From NCBI GenBank assembly GCA_009914755.4, contig CP086569.2:4064001-4128000 (forward strand): 64,000 bases of DNA. The letters are read 5' to 3'. A program made the position numbers and the translations under genes. Below the pieces are notes generated by a model. That model was given only the letters and a program-made list of their open reading frames with translations. It was not told the origin of the DNA and searched no databases. Shown here in pieces: positions 1-12,060 of this stretch; the stretch's first letter is position 1, and the number at the start of each line of letters is the position of its first letter. Origin of the DNA: the human T2T-CHM13v2.0 reference genome, Homo sapiens.

Positions 1-125
1 TATATGTATATAATATGCCTTATATGTGTATACATATAATGTGCTTTATAGGTGTATAATAAATACAGAATTTATATATAAATATATACATAATTTATTT
101 TCTACATCATTATAATGTTACAAGT
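1..125. repeat. TA-rich low-complexity tract with (TATATG/TATATA)-like units
   Basis: Direct reading: tatatgtatataatatgcc... AT-rich with no ORFs in the six-frame track. Confidence 0.6.
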
Positions 126-1260
126 ACATTATAAATCATCTAGGAACATGTACTGCTGTTTAGAATTTTGAGTGAAACCAAAGGATCTAGCCCAGTGTCT
201 TGTATACAGTAAGTGCTTAATACAGACTATTAATGATGACTGTGCGAATTTCTGTATGAAAGCATACTTACACGTATTTTATATGTAGTGAATATATATT
301 TACAAATAATTGAAACAATAAAATGGAGTTTTAACATACATCTTTAAACTACTATTTGTAACAAACATAAATCTAAGTAATTATTCAGTAAAGTTTAATA
401 AAACATATTAATGTAATTAGCAAATAACATTTTCTGTTGTTCTGACATTAGAATGTATTTGTGTGCTTTGTACAATATGGCCAGAATAATTAGAAATAAC
501 TCTTCATTTTCTCATTTGTATGCTTATACTGCATTTACATCTGGAAGTCCAATTGCTTAGAATCTGCTACAGGACTTCTATGGATATATTTAATAAGGAC
601 AACTTGGCCATAATGAGCTTAAATTTTGAACTGTCAGAAGCAGATGGATTAGAATGTGTGGTTCATTGATTTATATATAAATACAGATTCCACCCCCTCA
701 GAGACTCCCGTTTTACATTCTCAGAAAAACATAAGAAAGAAAAGATCAAAAGCCACAGACCTTTTGAAACATGTTAAGTTAGCCTATAAAATAATATTTC
801 CTAGGCTCATGTGGCTTTAAAATTGCTGTAAATTTCCCTGAAGCATGTTTGAAGCAAGCATTCCTAAGAAGCTTAATAGAAACTCTTTTAACAAAATGTC
901 TTTCCATCCCTCCCTATTTTCTATGATTTATTTTGTTTCTACTCATTTAACAAAATAGTTTTACATTTGTCTGTGTATAAAAACCTTTTATTTCAGAATT
1001 TTCCATTGAAGATTCTATTATGTACTTCTTTTATGCTATTAATTATCAAGTAGGCACACAAATTTACTCAATTTAAAATTTAGAAATATTTAATTTTCTG
1101 TTTTCTTGTTGCCATTATTTGCTTATAGTTTTACAAAGTTTACAAACAATATTAACTATCACAAAATTTATATTTTTGACAGTTCTTCATAGAAGCAAAA
1201 AAATGGGCTGTATTTTAATAGCATATTTAATTACATGTCTTATAATGTTTTTACCTGTGG

Positions 1261-1388
1261 ACTTGATTATTTGATTATTTGCATTAATTGTGTGTTACTG
1301 AATTATGCCTGATTTTGAGTTATAACTTAATAAACCTTTTCTTAAAAAGGTATGCATTTATCCACATACATTTCAAAGCAAAAAGGGA
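1261..1388 (+). repeat. Copy A of a ~125-bp direct repeat pair (unclassified). Partner at 2160-2279.
   Basis: gacttgattatttgattatttgcattaattgtgtgttactgaattatgcctgattttgagttataac...tatccacatacatttcaaagcaaaaaggg aligns at about 85% identity with 2160-2279 in the same orientation. Confidence 0.55.
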
Positions 1389-2159
1389 TTTTTTTCTTTT
1401 ATACCTGTTATAGATCAGACGGTAGAAAATCTCAATGAAATACCTGGACTTAATGAAACACATACAGTAGGATACAAATATTACAATCTTTAATATAGTC
1501 TTTTAATTTCTCAACTTTGTAAATTTGGTAACCATCTAACAATGTGAATCTAATGTACAGCCAATTTCCTTGTTGCAGCCAAAATTTTGTAAGGAAGGTT
1601 GGAAGTGAGAAAATAATGAATCAATTTCCTTAGCCTACAAAGATTTTACAATAGCATATTGGAAAATATTAGAAAAGAGTCAGTCTTGGTTTTGCTAAAT
1701 TCAACAGGTAACTTTGAACAGTCAGTCACTTTTCTTCTGCTCTCATCTTCCTAATCTAGGAAACAAATTGACAATTATATGTCAACTCTGGACAAACAAA
1801 ATTTGAAATCAGGTCTATTTGGGAAAATATCACCTGAATATTTTGATATACAAGTAGCTGGACTAATATATTTTAAGGATCTGTGTGGAAAAGCAGATAA
1901 GGCTTGGGAATTCTATCATATACTAAAGTGAATCTAGGGTAGAAACTAAAAATATAAAATAATGAGAAACAGCAACATTTAGAACAAGTGCAGAAGAAGT
2001 AAATCAAAGTTATTTATCGTGATAAAAAGATAGTTTTCAAATGTAGCAGGTAGATGCATTATGTGAAAATCACCCTTTGGAAGGAGCCATATTGTATATT
2101 TAAAATTATATATATACTAATAATATATTTTATGTATATGATTACACATAAAATATAGT

Positions 2160-2279
2160 CTTGATTAGTTGCATTAATTGTGTTCCATTTAATTATGCCT
2201 GACTTTGAATTATACCATAATAAAGCTGTTCTAAAAAAAGTATGAACTTATCCACATGCATTTCAAAGCAAATAGAAAT
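2160..2279 (+). repeat. Copy B of the ~125-bp direct repeat pair
   Basis: cttgattagttgcattaattgtgttccatttaattatgcctgactttgaattatacc...tatccacatgcatttcaaagcaaatagaaa. Same order and orientation as copy A, with a spacer of about 770 bp. Confidence 0.55.
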
Positions 2280-2289
2280 TTTGATTTTC

Positions 2290-2700
2290 ATTGTTATGAT
2301 ATATAACAATATTCATTAAATATAAATTACATTCAAATATAATAAATATAATATTCCTTATAATATAAAATAATGTAAGTTATGTAAAACAGTTTATATT
2401 ACCTTATTATAATATATTATATAATTATTTTATATATTTCTATTCATACATGAATATGTATTTTAATATATTTATTATATATAATGATATAATGCATAGA
2501 TGATATATAATAACAAATATAGATTATACCTATAATATAATTATATTATTTTATATATTATGTTTGTAACATATTTATATTGTTAGAATATAATATGTTT
2601 ATATAATAAAATATATTATTAAATATATATTTAATGTTTTCAATTATGCATTTAATAATATATTTTAAATTATATATATATATAATTTTTTAAAAAGCAC
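2290..2700. repeat. ~400-bp TA-rich simple or low-complexity repeat
   Basis: Almost pure A/T with repeated tatata/aatata/tataat units. No ORF on either strand. Confidence 0.7.
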
Positions 2701-2939
2701 TATTTATTTATCAGGTTACTAAATATTGCCCCAATACTAGTGTTGCAGGACCTTTCCTTAGTTCAGCTAAGGACAAGGTTTTTTGTCCCATGGCCATGAA
2801 AATTAAGGCTGGCAGACAATTTAAATGGTGAGTGAGACAGGGTTTTCTTGGGTGAAAAGGAAGAAAAAGGGGAAACAGCGACTCTTGGTAGGCCAGAGTT
2901 CCTGCTAGAGAGCTTCCTGCCCACTGTTCGAATTTCAGA

Positions 2940-5900
2940 ATCCACACAGTTTTGTGGGTATCTATCAGATCTTCTTGATGTAGTGCTGAGTTCAGGTCCT
3001 GAATACCTTTCTTAATGTTCTGTTTCAATGATCTGTCTAATATTGACAGTGGGATGTTAACATCTTCCACTATTATTGTGTGGGAATCTAGACCTCTTCG
3101 AAGGTCTCTAAGAACTTGCTTTATGAATTTGATTGCTCCTGTGTTGAGTGTATATATATTTAGAATAGTTAGATTTTTTTTAGTTGAATTGAACCCTTTA
3201 CCATTATGTAATGATCTTCTTTGTCATTTTTGATCTTTGTTATTTTAACGTCTGTTTTGTCAGAAACTACAGTTGCAACTTCTGCTTTTCCTATTTTCTA
3301 TTTGCTTGGTGGATTTTCCTTCATCTCTTTATTTTGAGCCTGTATGTGTTATTGCATGTGAGATGAGTTTCTTGAAGACAGCGTACCAATGGGTCTTGGT
3401 TCTTTATCCAGCTTGTCACTCTGTTTCTTTTAATTGAAACATTTAGCCCATTTACATTTAGTGTTAGTATTGATATGTGTTTATTTGACTTGTTTATGTG
3501 ATTGGTTTGTAGTGTCACTCGTGTTTACTTCAATGTGGTTTTGTAGTGGCTGGTAATGGTCTTTCTTTTCTATATTTAATACTTCCTTTAGGGTCTCTTG
3601 TAAGGCAACACTAGTGGTAACAAATCCCCTCATCAGTTGCTTCTCTGAAAAAGATTTTATTTCTCTTTCACTTATGAAGCTTAGTTTGGATAAATATAAA
3701 ACTCTGTGTTGGAATGTCTTCTATTTAAAAATGTTGAACATTGGCCCCTAATTTTTCTGGCTTGTAGGTTTTCAGCTGAGTGGTCCACTGTTAGTCTGAA
3801 AGGCTTCACTTTGTAGAAGACCTGGCCTTTTTTTCTAGCTGTCTTTAACATTCTTTCTTTCATTTCCACTTTAGAGAATCTGATGATTACGTGTCAAACC
3901 AAACAGCTATAAATTTCGTCTCTTTACATAATCTCATGTTTCTTGGATTTTTTATTTCTTTTTGTTTTTTATCTATTCTTGTCTGCCTGTATTACTTCAG
4001 AAAGGCAGTATTCAAGCTCTGAGATTCTTTCTTTTGCTTGGTCTATTTTGCTACTAATATTTGTGATTGCATTATAAAATCCTTAGATTGTGATTTTAGC
4101 TCTATCAGACCAGTTCTGTTCTTTTCTATACTGGATATTTTATCTATCAGCTCTTGCAATGTTTTCTCATAAATTTTAGCTTCCTTGCATTGGGTTATAA
4201 CATACTCTTTTAACTCAGTGAACTTCATTTTTATCTATATTCTGAATTCTACTTCTGTCATTTCAGCCACCACAGGCTCAGCCTGGTTTTGAAACCTTGC
4301 TGGAGTGGTGATGTGCTTTTTCAGAGGAAAGTGGTCATTCTTGCTTTTTGAGTTTTCAGCATTCTTACACTGATTCTTTTTCAATTTTGTGGGCTTATCT
4401 GTCTTTAATCTTTGAGGTTGCTGATCTTTGTATATTTTTTTCAAAAATCTGACCACTTTTCCATAAGGCTGCTGTGATATGCTGAGGGTCCAATCCAGTC
4501 TGTAGTCACCTCATATTTTCTGGTACCTGTAGGTATCATCAGTGAAGGAGGTGAAACAGCAAAAATGGCAACCTTTTCCTTTCTCTGTAATCTCTGTCTC
4601 AGGGAGGTAAGCACCTGTTGCCATCTTGAATACACCTGTAGGAGGTTGTTGAAAATCCCAGATGGGACTTTTTTGCCCAGTCAAGAGGAATTGGATTGGA
4701 CACTCACTTAAAAAAGTAGTATGGCCAATATTATGTTGAATACCTGTGGGGTACTGGGCATCCACTTCAGTCCCTGATTACCTCAGACACTCTAAAGCCT
4801 GAAGGCTGAAACAGCTAAGTCGCCCAAATAGCAAAGACGGTGGCCTGTCCCTCTTCCTGGGAGACTTATCCAAGGGAGGTCTGAAACCTCTGTCAGCTGG
4901 GGAACACCAGTGGGGGTAGTTGTATAACCTCATTAAGGTGATCCACCTGATGATGAGAAACAGTGTTGGGACCTGCTTAAAAAAGCCATCTGGCCATATT
5001 TTCATGGGGCCACTGTGCTGTGCTGGGTACTGTTTCACTCCCAGATGGTTTGGCCTCTCCAAATCCTGAAGGTTGGAACTGCTAAGTCACCCAGACACCA
5101 AAGATGGTGGCCCACCCATCCCTCTGGGAGTTCCATCTGAGGAGTTTTCAAATTTCTGTAGGCAAGGGAACACTGGCAGGGACAGCTGGAGGGCCCAATT
5201 AGGCAGTCCTGCCAAGTGAGGGGTAATGACATCAGAGACCCACTTCGAAAAGCTGTCTGAGCCTGATTTTATAGAGCAGCTGTGAGATGTGTATGGGTAC
5301 CACTTTTGCCCCAGCCAGCTTGGGCACTCCAAAGCCTGGAGGCTGGAATGACTAAGTCACCCAAACAGCAAAGATGGTTTTTTGCTCTTCCCTCTGGGAG
5401 CTCTGTCTCAGGGACTTTTCAAATCTCTGTTGGCTGGAGAATACAGACGGTGGTGGCTGGAGGCCCCAGTTGGAAGGTCCTACCCAATGAGATGGAATGG
5501 ATTTGGGACCTGCTTTAAAAAGTAGTCTGGCCACATTTTGGTACAGCAGCTGTTCTGTGCTATGGGATCCCTTCCACCCACAGTTAGCTTGGGTTCTCCA
5601 AAGCCTAACGGCTGGAATGGGTAAGTCTCCCAAACAGCAAAGAAGGTGACCTGCCCATCCCACTGAAAACTCTGTCCCAGAGAGTTTTCAAACTTCTGTT
5701 GGCTGGAAAACACTGGTAAAGGTGATTTGAGGCCCCATTTGGGAGGTTCTACATAATGAGGAAAAATGAGATCGAGGAAAGATTAAGTAAACAGACTGGC
5801 CACACTTTCATAGAGCCGCTGTGCTTGTGCTGAGGTACCACTTTCACCCCAGTCAGCTAGGGTTCTGCAAAGCTCAAAGGCTGAAATGACTAAGTCACCC

Positions 5901-6415
5901 AAATACTGGGATTCAAACTCTTTCCTCAGGGGTATGTATGGAGGTCTAACCTTCTGCTTTGCAGGAGTTGCAGATACTTTTGTTGGGAAGACAGGAGCTG
6001 GAGTATCTAAAGCTCCCAAGTATCTGTATGTGTCTGAGTGTTTTCCTTGCCAAGACCCCACGTAGTTCCGTGTGTCAGACTGACAGCCTTCATGGAGTGG
6101 ATTCATGAGGGGATCTCCTATTTCAAGGGTTGCAAAGATCCATGAGAGAAGTGTGGTTTCCCAGGGTCACACATTCACTCACCACTTCCCTGGGTTGGGG
6201 ATATTTTCTTGGCTCTGCATCACTCCCAGGTGGGCCGTTGTCTTGCCTTGCTTTTCTCCATTCTCCATGGGTCAAGTTGTTTCCTTGATTAGTCCCATTG
6301 TAAGTACTTGAATGTTTCAGTTGAAGGTGCTGTATTTATTTGCCCTTTTAGTTCCTCTCCATGAGAGTCACATATCTTAGCTGTTTCTAGTCGGCTGTCT
6401 TGGCCACCTGTCTCA
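2940..6415 (-). mobile_element. L1 (older primate L1PB-like), minus strand. It has a 5' leader, a monomeric 5'UTR, ORF1, and the first ~260 codons of ORF2. It is 3'-truncated inside ORF2.
   Basis: Minus-strand ORFs match L1 proteins. 3321-3518 (MTLQTNHINKSNKHISILTLNVNGLN...QETHLTC...RLKIK) is the ORF2 N-terminus. 2940-3070 (...QDLNSALHQEDLIDT) is the ORF2 DLIDIYR region. 3681-3869 (VKFTKVEMKE-like MEMKERMLKTARKKGQV...RLTVDHSAENLQARK) and 4043-4456 are ORF1. The reverse complement of 6380-6415 reads gagacaggtggccaagacagccgactagaaacagc, a canonical L1 5' start motif that matches the + strand L1 start at 62519. Confidence 0.8.
4620..6100 (-). repeat. Tandem array of about 5.5 monomers of ~268 bp inside the 5'UTR of the 2940-6415 L1
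   Basis: The motif taagtc(a/g)cccaa(a/t)(c/t)agcaaaga(t/c)gg recurs at about 4817, 5085, 5354 and 5621, and degenerate at 5893. The spacings are 268, 269, 267 and 272 bp. The surrounding sequence is homologous across units (ccagatggtttggcctctccaaa(t/g)cctg(a/g)aggctggaa...ctaagtcaccc). Confidence 0.8.
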
Positions 6416-6469
6416 ATAATTATACTTTAAACACATTTGGAATGAGTAGAACAGACTATAATGTAATAA

Positions 6470-6560
6470 CAATGAACTTTATTTAGTTTACAACAAACCT
6501 AGTGAAGTAGGTAAAAGAGTTATTTTTCCTTATTTATAGACCAATGAATTACATTGAATA
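6470..6560 (-). mobile_element. MIR (SINE) fragment, weak
   Basis: acaacaaacctagtgaagtaggtaaaagagttattt resembles the reverse complement of the MIR core (cacaacaaccctatgaggtaggtactattatt). Confidence 0.3.
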
Positions 6561-6999
6561 AATTGGAGATCTTTAGTTTCTCTTCAAAAATGCAATTAAG
6601 GAATACATGTTGAGAAATGCAAATACAATTCTAAGCTGCTCAACTGATTGAATAGACCTCTCCTTGTCCAAGGGGACCCCAGAGAAACTGTGGAAGCTGA
6701 GTTACCATTAGGCTGTTTTTTCTAAAGGCTGAACATAAGTCAGACCTTTAAAAAGACTCCACCACTAATTTCAATCAACCCAACTGCCTGACTGCTGCCC
6801 ATCCCTGTTGCAGTTTTGATACAACAACTGGCCAGCATTCTTTTCTTCTAAGAGACTAGCAAACATGGAACGATTCTGGCCAGTCTATGGAGAATGAGGA
6901 GTGAGAGTTTCCATGTCCTCTGCTTCACCTTTTGATGGCAGAGGCCCAAAAGCTCCAACCCCAGATTATACTAAGCCCACCATTTTTTAAACATGGGAC

Positions 7000-8110
7000 C
7001 CATGAAGGGGTATGGTGGTTTTGATTTGCATTTCCATTATACATCTTTTCATATACCTGTTGGTCATTTGATTGTTATCTTCGAGGACATATCCATTCAC
7101 TTCCTGAGTCCATTTTTTAATTGTGTTGTTTTTTTGCTATTGAGTTATACTAGTTATTTACTAATTTTAGATATTAATCCCCTAGCAGATAATGGCTTGC
7201 CAATATTTTCTTGCATTTGTTAGGTTGTCTCTTTACTCTATTGATTGTTTTCTTTGCTGTGCAGAAACTTTTTAGTTTGACATAGAATTGAAATCATAAT
7301 ATCTATCAAAGAGACATCAGCACTTCCATGCTCATTGTAGCAGTATTCACAAAATCTAAGATACAGAAACAACCTAAATGTCCATCAACAGATGAATAGG
7401 TAAAGTAAGTGTCAAATATACATACAGTAAAATACTATTCAGCCAAGAAATTCTCTTATAGGTGACAATATGAATGGGTTTGGAAAACATTACACTAAAT
7501 GAAATAAGTCAGTTACAGAAAAATATATACTGTATGGTGCCACTTATATGAGATATTTAAAAGAGTCAAACTCACAGAAACAAAAAGTAGAATAATAGTT
7601 AATGGGGTGTGAGGAGGGAAAAGTGGAGAATTGCTATTCAAAGTCTATAAAGTTTCAATTATGCAATATGAATAAAGTTCTAGAAATCTACCATACAAAT
7701 GTATGCCTATAGCTAACAATACAGTAGATGCTTCATATTTATGGGTACTGCATCTGTGGATTCAACCAAGCAAAGATCAAAAATATTCAAAAACAATAAA
7801 ATAATATGCATTAAAAATGTAGTATAACAACTGTTTGCATGCCATTTACATTGTATAAGGTGTTACAAGTAATCTAGAAGGATTATTTAAAGTATACAAA
7901 AGGATATGAATAGGTTATATGCAAATATCATATCATTTTATATAAGAAACTTGAGCATCCACAATTCTGGCATTCACAGATGTGGACTGGGTAAGGGACC
8001 TGAAATCAATACCCCATAGACTGAAAAATGACTCTACTACACTGTGTACTTAAAATTGTGTTAAAAGGGTAGATTTTATGTTAAGTGTTCTTACCACAAT
8101 TTTAAACAAA
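7000..8110 (+). mobile_element. Old L1M 3'-end fragment with a 5' inversion. 7000-7290 is antisense, 7290-8110 is sense, and it ends in an A-rich tail.
   Basis: 7005-7290 is the reverse complement of the L1 ORF2 C-terminal region (ccatttttt...ctgtgcagaaactttttagtttgacatag is the reverse complement of [16 protein letters not shown]). 7290-7450 is sense ORF2 C-terminus (attgtagcagtattcacaa...acctaaatgtccatcaacagatgaatagg...gaatactattcagccaagaaa, matching IAALFTIAKTWNQPKCP...MEYYAA). A typical L1M 3'UTR follows, ending at about 8110, then an A-rich tail. Confidence 0.65.
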
Positions 8111-8239
8111 AGAAATAACAAAATAAAGAGTAAATTTTTAGTATTTTAAATAATAAAAGCTGCTATGGAAAAAATAAAAGCAAGGTAAGCATAATAAGAA
8201 ATATTTAGTTACATAAATAAAGATAATTGAGGAAAACTT

Positions 8240-8900
8240 CATTGACAAAGTAATATTTGAGTAAAGACTTGAAGGCAGGGAGGGAGCTCTTTAGGTAAAT
8301 ATCTTATATTTGGGGGAATAATATTTCAGGCAGAGGAAACTGCAAGTGTTAAGTGCCTGATGTGGAAGCATACACTGTGTTTTCATTGAACAACAACAAA
8401 ATCAGTGTGAAGAGCAAATTAGTAAGAGTGGTAACAGTAGTCAGATCACAGAGAGGTTTGCACACCTTTTTAAATATTTGGTGTTTACTCAAAATGACAT
8501 GGGAAGACATTTAAATGTCTTAAGTACAGAAGTAATATAATCTGTCCTATGTCTTAAAATGAAAATGCTGGAGGCTGTGTGGAAAATAAAGAGTAGTAGA
8601 GATAAGGAGAGGAGTAGGGGGACCAGATAACTGACTCCTACTTTCTTCCAGGCAAAAAAAATATGGTGCCTTGAATCAGAATAGTAGCAGTAAAAGTGGA
8701 GATAAGTGTTGAAATTGGGATGCATTCAAAGGCAGAACTTAAGGAACGTGCAGATGGATTGAATGTAGAGTTTCAGAGAAATGACAACCAGGATTACCCC
8801 CAACGTTTTTGGCCTGGGAAATTGAAAGAAGGACATTTTTATTCACTAAGATTCAAAAGACTTTAAAAGGAGCAAGCTTAGGTGGAAACCAGAGTTGACT
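8240..8900 (+). repeat. Ancient mammalian interspersed repeat. The family is not assignable by eye.
   Basis: Strings such as aaagacttgaaggcagggagggagc...atttcaggcagaggaaactgcaagtg...aggattacccccaacgtttttggcctgggaaattgaaagaaggacattt follow a pattern I recognise from an old dispersed repeat consensus. I cannot name the family with confidence. Confidence 0.25.
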
Positions 8901-10481
8901 TTTATTTAGTAAAAAGTCAAATAAAGTCAACTTAGTTGATGTTTACATGTGCTGATGTTGAAATGGCTAGGAGACAGCCAAGTAAAGACATTGAATATAT
9001 AGTTTCATAAATAATTTTGAGTTCAGGAGAGAGGAACACACTGAGCATTTAAATATGGTATGGTATGGTATTCAATTCCATGGGACTAGATGAGGTCACC
9101 TTATAGATGAGGTGACCAAGAAGAGTAGCTTTCACTTTTGATCATAAATTATAATTTAAAAGTACATTTTATATTGTGACCCAGCACATATGAAAAATAC
9201 TTGTTTTTATTAAGTACAATGAAATCTAATATTTCCTGTTCTATTCCCCCACCCCTTATCAACCTAGTTCTGTCCTATAATATTTATTTTATGACTCATT
9301 AATAGATGTCTACCTAGAGTATGAAAAAAAATGCCACCTACGGAATTCTTGTCAGTACAAAAAAGGACTGTATGGAGATTGTGTCTTGCAGCATACTTAT
9401 TTTTAAAGGTAAGGTTGATGCGGTACAACCAGGCAGAAAGAGCTTTAGTAAGAAAAAGGAGCCTCTAATGAAGTAAGAGAAGAATGGCATCTAGAAGCCA
9501 AAAATGAAATTTTCTTAAGAAAGAGAAAGCTATGAACTATGTCCATTGTTATTAATAGGTTGAGTAAGGTGGGTAATGGGAATCGATCACTGGATATAGC
9601 AGCACAGAAACAATGGGTTTCCTTAATTAGAGCAGTTTCATTGTAATGCTGATTACAATAGCCTTATTTGCCTGGGCATAAGACAGAATAGTAGGAGAGA
9701 AAGTGGAGACAAAGAGTGAAGATTCTTTTAGGGAAATTTTATGTAAAGAAGATCAGTGAAATGAAGCAGAAACTGAAAAAAAATAGATGGGGAGTCAAGG
9801 GAAGTGATCTTTTTGGCATGTTGTGTGTTTTTAACATGGAAGACACACACCTATAAAAGTCTTTGAATAGGCAAAAAGACAGGCACTTTTGTACAGAATT
9901 GATGTATAGTAGTAGGTGGCAAATGAAATTACATGGACCCCAATAAAATAAGTGAGAAAGGATGAAAGCATGAAAGGTATTTTACATTGCTTCTACATTC
10001 ACAGTAAGTAGAAAAGCATTTTCATGAGCTGAAAATAGAAGGAGAAAAGATGTTGAAGTTTGGAGCAGAGAGAAGAAACTGTGAAATAGTTATCTAGATT
10101 CTAGAACAATGGGCGAGGTAAATGGAGTAGTATTGCTAGACAGCATTAAGGTGCTCCCTTATGGTTAGTGGTTATGTCCATATTCATAATATAACTGTTC
10201 ATCAAGTTTTCTGTTTCCTTTCTCTTATTCTCTCATTCTCCACTTCTTCTTGTTATATATTCATATATTCTTGCTACTTCCAAGTGTAATCTTAAAGCAT
10301 AATTCTATCATGCCATTATCTTATTCATTTTTTTTTTAATTTTCTGGCATGGATTACAGAATAAACTATAAAAAGATTATTGTCACCTCTTAGTTTTCAA
10401 GGTTGATCTTTTACTTTTTTGACTATATTCACAATGCTAGTTCAAACAGGATTACTTACTGTTCATAAAAATGCCATTCAT

Positions 10482-10808
<327 letters not shown>

Positions 10809-11394
10809 TTACGGTGTCTTCTTATTGCTGGACATTTGACTTCTTAATATTAACTATGTCCATTATCACCTCATATATATTGTGCCTCATCCAATTAAAA
10901 ATTGTATTTTCTTTTTATCCTAGCAGCCTCTGGAGAATAAAAATCAGCATGGATATTGAAACAAATGAACATAACCTCACAACATCTTGCTTTATGTCTG
11001 CAACGCCCATCTGTTGCGATTATACATGGGATTTCCTTATTAATGCTGAATATATGATATACAAGTACTGCTTACAACCCAGAGATTCAGGGGAAAGAAC
11101 ACTCCATAGGGTAAATTATTGATCAGTAGGAGACTGCAAGATAAATTTTTCTGCTTTCATATTTAGACAGATTGCTTTACTATGTAATAGTTTATTCAGC
11201 CCCCTTCGAAGACAGTCCTGGGTGATTGATTGATTTGTGTCACTCAGCTCAATAGCACACACTTATATTAGTGCTTTCTTCTTTCCTGATTCCCTTTCTA
11301 CCTTTTCACTCCTGCTTCCCTGGTACTTTACTACCAAAATAGTGACACCTATGTTTTTGCCTCACGTTCTGTTTCCTGAAAAACTCAGGATAAT

Positions 11395-11540
11395 ACAATA
11401 CCATTATTTGATCTTTACAACAACCCTGTGAAGAAAGATATATCATTATCTCCATACAATGCATAATCAAACTGAAGCACAGAATATGTCACCGATTTTC
11501 CTAAATTATTTGAGGTATTCAGATATTAGAACTGAGTCTC
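11395..11540 (-). mobile_element. MIR SINE fragment
   Basis: tctttacaacaaccctgtgaagaaagatatatcattatctccatacaatgcataatcaaactgaagcacagaatat... matches the reverse-complement form of the MIR core (cacaacaaccctatgaggtaggtactattattatccccattttacagatgaggaaactgaggcacagag). Confidence 0.45.
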
Positions 11541-11934
11541 CTGATTACAGCTGCACTGCTATTTTTACAATTTCTACTATACATCTTTAAGGCCCACTTT
11601 TAGTGCTCTGGATTCCTCAGTAAGTAGTGATCGCTTCTCTCCGTAGGTAAAAAATAATTAACTTTTATTTTGTTAAACATGTTTTGAAGTATCAATTTAT
11701 TTGTTGATGAGGCTACTACTTCCACTGTATTGTTAACTGAGAGAAATATCTTTATTGCCTATAAAGATCAGCACAGTAGACACTAAATGATTGTCTCAAA
11801 ATAGAGAATATGTTAGTGTTGAGGAAGTGAAATCAATAAATGAATGAATAAATGGATTAAATGTCCCAATCTTTTCAACCCTTGACATATACACATTTAG
11901 AATTCGTATTTTCTTATATTATTTTCAGAACAAG

Positions 11935-12060
11935 TAAACTAAAAATGTTTTATCTCAATAATATGAATATTATTAATATTCTCATTATGTCTCAATAATA
12001 TGAACAGTATTAATATTCTCAATATATCTCAATAATATAATATTATAAATATTAATGTAA
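11935..12060. repeat. Minisatellite-like array of 3-4 copies of a ~33-bp AT-rich unit
   Basis: tatctcaataatatgaatattattaatattctcattatgtctcaataatatgaacagtattaatattctcaatatatctcaataatataatattataaatattaat. Confidence 0.6.

Noticed and set aside
2711-3070. 119-aa minus ORF extending beyond the L1 homology. Possible chimeric or exonised L1.
   Set aside because: Only the part up to about 2940 is ORF2-like (..DLNSALHQEDLIDT). The remainder has no features of an exon (no splice signals judged by eye, AT-rich flank). The open frame is consistent with chance.
4620-6100. Regularly spaced direct repeats with interspersed variable sequence, superficially CRISPR-like
   Set aside because: The period is about 268 bp and the whole unit is repeated, not a repeat-spacer alternation. 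It lies in a primate genomic context between an L1 leader and L1 ORF1. It is a monomeric L1 5'UTR array.
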